Shown here: positions 59,792 through 64,000 of the stretch, in pieces
Numbering within the stretch: the stretch's first letter is position 1
Layout of the letters: each line of letters begins with the position of its first letter
Assembly (NCBI GenBank): GCA_963675755.2
Contig: CAXXMD010000002.1
Span: 256,001 to 320,000, forward strand
Source of the DNA: a bacterium
GTDB taxonomy: Bacteria > Zhuqueibacterota > Zhuqueibacteria > Residuimicrobiales > Krinioviventaceae
Direction of reading: 5' to 3'
DNA length: 64,000 nucleotides
Notes under the pieces: model-generated
Database searches by the model: none
The model's input: the letters and a program-made list of their open reading frames with translations, nothing else
Told to the model about the DNA's origin: nothing
Translations under genes and position numbers: made by a program

Positions 59792-59807
59792 TGCAAGGGG
59801 TGTGCCA
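59792..59807 (-). promoter_or_regulatory. sigma54 -24/-12 promoter
   Basis: Minus strand TGGCACACCCCTTGCA matches TGGCAC-N5-TTGCA, about 40 bp before the DUF2202 start. Confidence 0.85.
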
Positions 59808-59879
59808 TTTTATTTTATCTGTTCTAATCTCTTGTTTTTGGATAAGTTACGTAAATAGTCATGTTTTGTAAGATTGAAT

Positions 59880-59930
59880 GATTTCGACGACTCGGGCGAG
59901 AAATCTCGACAATTTGGTCGAAATCTCAAA
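59880..59930. promoter_or_regulatory. Putative enhancer (bEBP binding sites) shared by divergent sigma54 promoters
   Basis: GATTTCGAC (59880-88), CGAGAAATCTCG (59897-908), GTCGAAATC (59917-25): related sites about 20 bp apart. Confidence 0.6.
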
Positions 59931-59998
59931 CTTGAGTATTTTGCTAAACTTACCATAACTATCTAATAAATAGTTACTTACTTCATTGGGTAATGTTT

Positions 59999-60014
59999 TG
60001 GCATAACAATTGAA
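59999..60014 (+). promoter_or_regulatory. sigma54-type promoter (TTGA variant)
   Basis: TGGCATAACAATTGAA, GG-N10-GA, upstream of 60077. Confidence 0.6.
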
Positions 60015-60076
60015 TAAGCAAAAGAAATTTCTATCAAGAGAGAATTAAAATTATAAAATTTTTTTTAGGAGGGACC

Positions 60077-60460
60077 GTGAAGACAAAATTCATGTTTTCT
60101 GCAATATTTGTTGCTATTGCTCTTTATTTTTCTACTGCGTCTGCGTGTGAAATTGAAGTTTCTGTAAAAGGAGAAAATGCAGCAATTTATAATCCCGGAC
60201 AAGTTGTTGTTTTGCAGGTCAAAGTTTTTCTAACTCACAAGGATTGTCCTGAAGGTATAAAATCAACAAAAATGAATCCATCTGGTATGACCTTGTTGGG
60301 TGCAACCAAATGGAAACAAATCTCAGATCTGGAATACATTCGTTTGGTTCAGGCAAAAATTGATTCTTCTGTAACCGAGGCAATTTTAAATGTTGGCCGC
60401 TCATGTGATAAAGAGGGTGGTATTGGTAAAATATTATTAAAAGTTGGGCAGGGTTCATAA
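60077..60460 (+). CDS. Small exported protein with three Cys
   Basis: AGGAGG RBS, GTG start, signal peptide ending ASA/C, THKDC and RSCDKEGG motifs. Confidence 0.75.
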   Translation: MKTKFMFSAIFVAIALYFSTASACEIEVSVKGENAAIYNPGQVVVLQVKVFLTHKDCPEGIKSTKMNPSGMTLLGATKWKQISDLEYIRLVQAKIDSSVTEAILNVGRSCDKEGGIGKILLKVGQGS

Positions 60461-61485
60461 TGAGGAATATCATAATTATTGCTTTATTGTTCATTATTGG
60501 AATTTCCTTTTCCCAGGAAACAGATTCTACTGAATTGTCATTTGATGATTTTGGAGCTGAATTTGAATCCATTTCCGATTCTGAATTAGAAGACATTTCA
60601 ACATCTACTCATAGCTGTTCTACCATAGCAGGAATGCCAAAAGGATTGTACTATTCACTTATAGCATTATCAATGACTTTAATAGCTGGTATTTTTGTTA
60701 AATTTAAAGCTCTACGTAAATTCCGTTATCTTTTCCTTCTTTCATCATTGATTGTGTTTGGATTTTGGAATGGTGGCTGCCCTTGCTCAATTTCAAGTTT
60801 TCAAAATGTATTTTTAAAGATTTTTGGTGCCACCGTAAACTGGCACAGTCTTGTATGGTTTTTAGGTTTGATTCCCATTACCTATATATTCGGCAAAGTC
60901 TGGTGTGGTTGGGTTTGCCATTTGGGAGCCTTTCAGGAATTTTTATACAGAATAACAGATGTGAAAATTGTGAAATCTAAAGGTTTCCAAAAATCACTTA
61001 AAATTTTACAATATAGTGTTTTCGTAATTCTTGTGATTCAGTTATTTGTAACCAAAACCAATATTTTTATCCATTATGATCCATTCAAAGTTGCCTTTAA
61101 TATGATTTCTTTTCATACATCCGGCTGGGTATTACTGGGTATTTTACTTGTCAGTTCTTTATTTATCTATCGCCCTTTTTGTAAAGGATTTTGTCCTGTT
61201 GGTTTGGCATTGGGGTGGGTAGGCAAGATACCGGGTGCCCATAAACTCCAGATAGCCGGCAGTTGTACTAGCTGCAAATCCTGCATACGTCATTGTGATA
61301 TGCAGGCAATTTCGGATGATTATAAAGCTGACAGTCATAGCTGTATTTTATGCGGTGATTGTCTTGATTATTGTAAAAAAGAATCTATCAAAGTTACGCA
61401 TAAAGGATTACAGAATGAAAAAAATATTGATCTTGTTGTTCCTGATTTCAAGCTTGAAACCATCGATAGCGAGAGACTGTCATAG
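60460..61485 (+). CDS. Membrane 4Fe-4S protein, NapH/MauN/NosR-like
   Basis: About 5 TM, GCPC, CGWVCHLG and CKGFCPVG motifs, two CxxCxxCxxxC motifs. Confidence 0.87.
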   Translation: MRNIIIIALLFIIGISFSQETDSTELSFDDFGAEFESISDSELEDISTSTHSCSTIAGMPKGLYYSLIALSMTLIAGIFVKFKALRKFRYLFLLSSLIVFGFWNGGCPCSISSFQNVFLKIFGATVNWHSLVWFLGLIPITYIFGKVWCGWVCHLGAFQEFLYRITDVKIVKSKGFQKSLKILQYSVFVILVIQLFVTKTNIFIHYDPFKVAFNMISFHTSGWVLLGILLVSSLFIYRPFCKGFCPVGLALGWVGKIPGAHKLQIAGSCTSCKSCIRHCDMQAISDDYKADSHSCILCGDCLDYCKKESIKVTHKGLQNEKNIDLVVPDFKLETIDSERLS

Positions 61486-62716
61486 CGATATTGGGGTTCA
61501 TTTAAAACCCATACTACCCAATTTACAATGGGCTGTTGAAACATCTGCATCAATTGGACAGATGTCTGGCAGTGGTATTGATAGAAGACTAAATACTGAA
61601 TCTTTATTTTGGGCATTGGATTATAATCTAAAAAAGTTTGAGATTTATCTTGAAGGTGGCGCAAAATACTGGCAAAAATCTGATGATGGCCCCGGTTTAG
61701 GTGCAATAGTAAGTGGCTGGGAAAGTTTACCCAAACCTGAACAACGTAATTTTGGTATGCGCGAAGCTTATACAAGATTGACATTATTTAATAACAGAAT
61801 GACCATGGGGTTGCAGTCAATGACCCTGGGTACAACCATGCTTCTTGATGAACGTGTATTGGGTATATCAAATAGCTATGAAAAAGGACATTACAAGTTT
61901 GAGCTCAAAGGTGGTACTGTATCTACTGACTTTGCACGTATGAATGATTTTTGTGGAACGCGTCATGTTTACAGGTTGTTACGTGGTGGCCGGTTTGATA
62001 TGGTAGCCACAGAACCCTGGAAGACCAATTTTTACGCTGCATCGATAACCTGGAATGCCGAAGAGCCTGTAGAAGTCGTTTCAGGAGATCAGAGTGAATT
62101 TGAAATGGAATCTTTTTCGGATTTTTCATTTGAATCGTTCGACGAAGAAGAGACCCATATCGTTCAAAATGCCGGATTGTTATTTTATCAAGAATTTGGT
62201 TCAGGTTTTTTTGATTACAAATATTATGGTGGTGCTTTTTCTGACATCCTTTTACCATTTGATGTTGATCTGCATTTAGAAATGATATATCAATATATCT
62301 GGCATGAACAAGCTGCTGCTTTTAAAGGACAATTTAGTAAAAATTTCAATATTTTTCCTGCATACCCATTTTCAACAAGTCTATCATATTACGGAGTTTA
62401 TGAGGTGAGTCAGGATGCACGGTTTTTTCCGGCATTCAGTAACCTTTATCTGGGTGAAGTCAGCCGGTTGGATGCATTGCACATGCCATTATTGGTTGTT
62501 GATGTTAAACAATACTTGCCTGGGAAGCTGGAACCTGCACTCCGTTTACAATATGTAAACCAGATTCAATTTGATCATAATACCGAGTTGGATTTTCAAT
62601 TATCAGCCAAATTGTTTAAAGGATTAAGAACAATCATCATGTTGAGTAAAATCGATTCTGATTTACTTTCAGAATCTGTAATGCTCAATAAACTTGAATG
62701 TCGTTGGTCATTCTAA
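61415..62716 (+). CDS. Probable outer-membrane beta-barrel protein
   Basis: AAAGGA RBS, signal peptide, REAY..GLQ..LG pattern, amphipathic strands, terminal aromatic ..RWSF. Confidence 0.62.
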   Translation: MKKILILLFLISSLKPSIARDCHSDIGVHLKPILPNLQWAVETSASIGQMSGSGIDRRLNTESLFWALDYNLKKFEIYLEGGAKYWQKSDDGPGLGAIVSGWESLPKPEQRNFGMREAYTRLTLFNNRMTMGLQSMTLGTTMLLDERVLGISNSYEKGHYKFELKGGTVSTDFARMNDFCGTRHVYRLLRGGRFDMVATEPWKTNFYAASITWNAEEPVEVVSGDQSEFEMESFSDFSFESFDEEETHIVQNAGLLFYQEFGSGFFDYKYYGGAFSDILLPFDVDLHLEMIYQYIWHEQAAAFKGQFSKNFNIFPAYPFSTSLSYYGVYEVSQDARFFPAFSNLYLGEVSRLDALHMPLLVVDVKQYLPGKLEPALRLQYVNQIQFDHNTELDFQLSAKLFKGLRTIIMLSKIDSDLLSESVMLNKLECRWSF

Positions 62717-62729
62717 TCAGGAGAACAGA

Positions 62730-63551
62730 ATGAATTCGGATCGAAGAATTTTTATAAAGAATTTAGGTGTACTTGCTGCAGGCTCAGCGGCAGGAATACT
62801 AACTGCTTGTACCAAACATGGCACGAATCCCTTAGAATTTGTCGATATATGTCAAAATACGTGTACCGGTTGTGGTGATTGTGTTGATTCCTGTCAGGAT
62901 AATGCAATTTTACTTGAGCAAAAATCAACATATGTCATAGATATAGATGATTGTACTGAATGTGGACAGTGTGTTCCTCACTGCAAGCTTGAAGCTATCC
63001 ATATCTCTTCAAGTCAATATATCCTGGATTCTGAAGAATGTATTGGATGTGGTTTGTGTATTGATGTGTGTGATCAGGAAGCACAGGCTATTGTTTGGGA
63101 GAGAGAAGAGTACCTGGTACGTGGTAAATGCAGAAACACTCATTGTAATTTTGAATGTGCTGCTGCTTGTCCTGAAAATGCAATAACCATTGTTAATAAT
63201 ACTGCCGTAATTGATATGGAAAAATGTACGCGTTGTGGTTTGTGTATCGCTCCATGTCCAGCAGAAGCAATTAATCCTGCGCATGTTGAAATGGTGGTTG
63301 ATCAATGTACCCGCTGTGGTAAATGTTTTGATGTCTGTGAATTTGATGCAATTACCAAAGTTGAACCTGAAGGCTATTCAGATCCCCATATTGATGCTGA
63401 GGTTTGTAATGCCTGCTCAGAATGTAAGGACTATTGTCCCGAAAATGCTATCTATGGTAAATTGTTTAAAGCACAAATTGATAACGAAAATTGTACTGCT
63501 TGTGGTGAATGTTTTGAAAAATGTACGTATGATGCAATACGGCATGTTTAA
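62730..63551 (+). CDS. Tat-exported lipoprotein polyferredoxin (8 x 4Fe-4S motifs)
   Basis: DRRIFIK Tat motif, LTAC lipobox, seven canonical CxxCxxCxxxC plus one spaced variant. Confidence 0.88.
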   Translation: MNSDRRIFIKNLGVLAAGSAAGILTACTKHGTNPLEFVDICQNTCTGCGDCVDSCQDNAILLEQKSTYVIDIDDCTECGQCVPHCKLEAIHISSSQYILDSEECIGCGLCIDVCDQEAQAIVWEREEYLVRGKCRNTHCNFECAAACPENAITIVNNTAVIDMEKCTRCGLCIAPCPAEAINPAHVEMVVDQCTRCGKCFDVCEFDAITKVEPEGYSDPHIDAEVCNACSECKDYCPENAIYGKLFKAQIDNENCTACGECFEKCTYDAIRHV

Positions 63552-63552
63552 A

Positions 63553-64000
63553 CTAAACATCTCTGACGCAGCGGAATCCCATATTGCCTGATGAACTGTC
63601 AGGAGTATTTGAACTTCGTGCTGCAACACGATAGCGATTGCAATATGATTTATGACACAGATATGATCCACCGCGCATAACCCTGTTGGTACCCTCTGTT
63701 GGGCCAACAGGATTTACTCTGGTATTATTTATATGAAAAGTAGGGTGGAACCAATCCGCGCACCATTCCCATACATTCCCGCAAACATTATATAATCCAA
63801 AATCATTCAGAGTAAATGATTTTGCCGGAGCTGTACCTATAAATCCATCATCGGCTGTGTTTTGTGTGGGAAATATACCCTGCCATACATTACACATGTG
63901 TCTGCCATTGGGCTCAAGTTCATTGCCCCAGGGAAAAATGGTTTGTTCTCTGCCTCCACGTGCGGCATATTCCCATTCGGCTTCAGTTGGTAAACGTTTA
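63553..64000 (-). CDS. Formylglycine-generating enzyme (5' end beyond the window)
   Basis: RLPTEAEWEYAARGG, GNVWEW, RGGSYLCHKSYCNRYR, GFRC. Confidence 0.92.
   Translation of the reverse strand, partial: KRLPTEAEWEYAARGGREQTIFPWGNELEPNGRHMCNVWQGIFPTQNTADDGFIGTAPAKSFTLNDFGLYNVCGNVWEWCADWFHPTFHINNTRVNPVGPTEGTNRVMRGGSYLCHKSYCNRYRVAARSSNTPDSSSGNMGFRCVRDV

Noticed and set aside
61355-61372. CxxCH-type heme motifs in the 60-63.5 kb operon
   Set aside because: Cys motifs are ferredoxin-type; the only C..CH (CGWVCH) has three-residue spacing and is the NapH-type C-x3-C motif
61295-61414. Hydrophobic N-terminal extension of the barrel ORF
   Set aside because: It overlaps the ferredoxin motifs of the upstream gene; RBS and signal peptide favour ATG 61415
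62947-63707. Several overlapping alternative-frame ORFs over the polyferredoxin
   Set aside because: Shadow ORFs of the TGT-rich repetitive coding sequence with no recognisable motifs

Overview
A gene-dense, AT-rich bacterial chromosomal window with about 60 CDS, one tRNA-Arg(CCT) and many intrinsic terminators. I see no integrase, transposase, prophage or CRISPR array. 'QNYPNPFNP'/'NYPNPANP' C-terminal secretion tails, a Bacteroides-like pyruvate kinase and a single-Cys DksA point to the FCB superphylum (KSB1/Calditrichota-like; inference only). Content: envelope proteins, an HTH-LolA-like-barrel-reductase-MMPL operon, MFS transporters, GH36/GH92/GH127-like glycosidases, rapA, a frameshifted Nudix gene, an ArsR-ArsP-type cluster, two-component genes, lgt, dksA and msrBA. 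The best candidate for an undescribed system is 58711-63551. There, two divergent sigma54-type promoters share a phased palindromic enhancer. One drives a secreted DUF2202 ferritin-like protein; the other drives an exported Cys protein, a NapH-like membrane Fe-S protein, a probable outer-membrane beta-barrel and a Tat-lipoprotein with eight 4Fe-4S motifs, which could form a heme-free trans-envelope electron conduit. A second signal is a recurring ECF-type promoter, TG(A/T)AAC-N16/17-CGT, in front of four transcription units. All calls come from reading motifs by eye; no searches were run.
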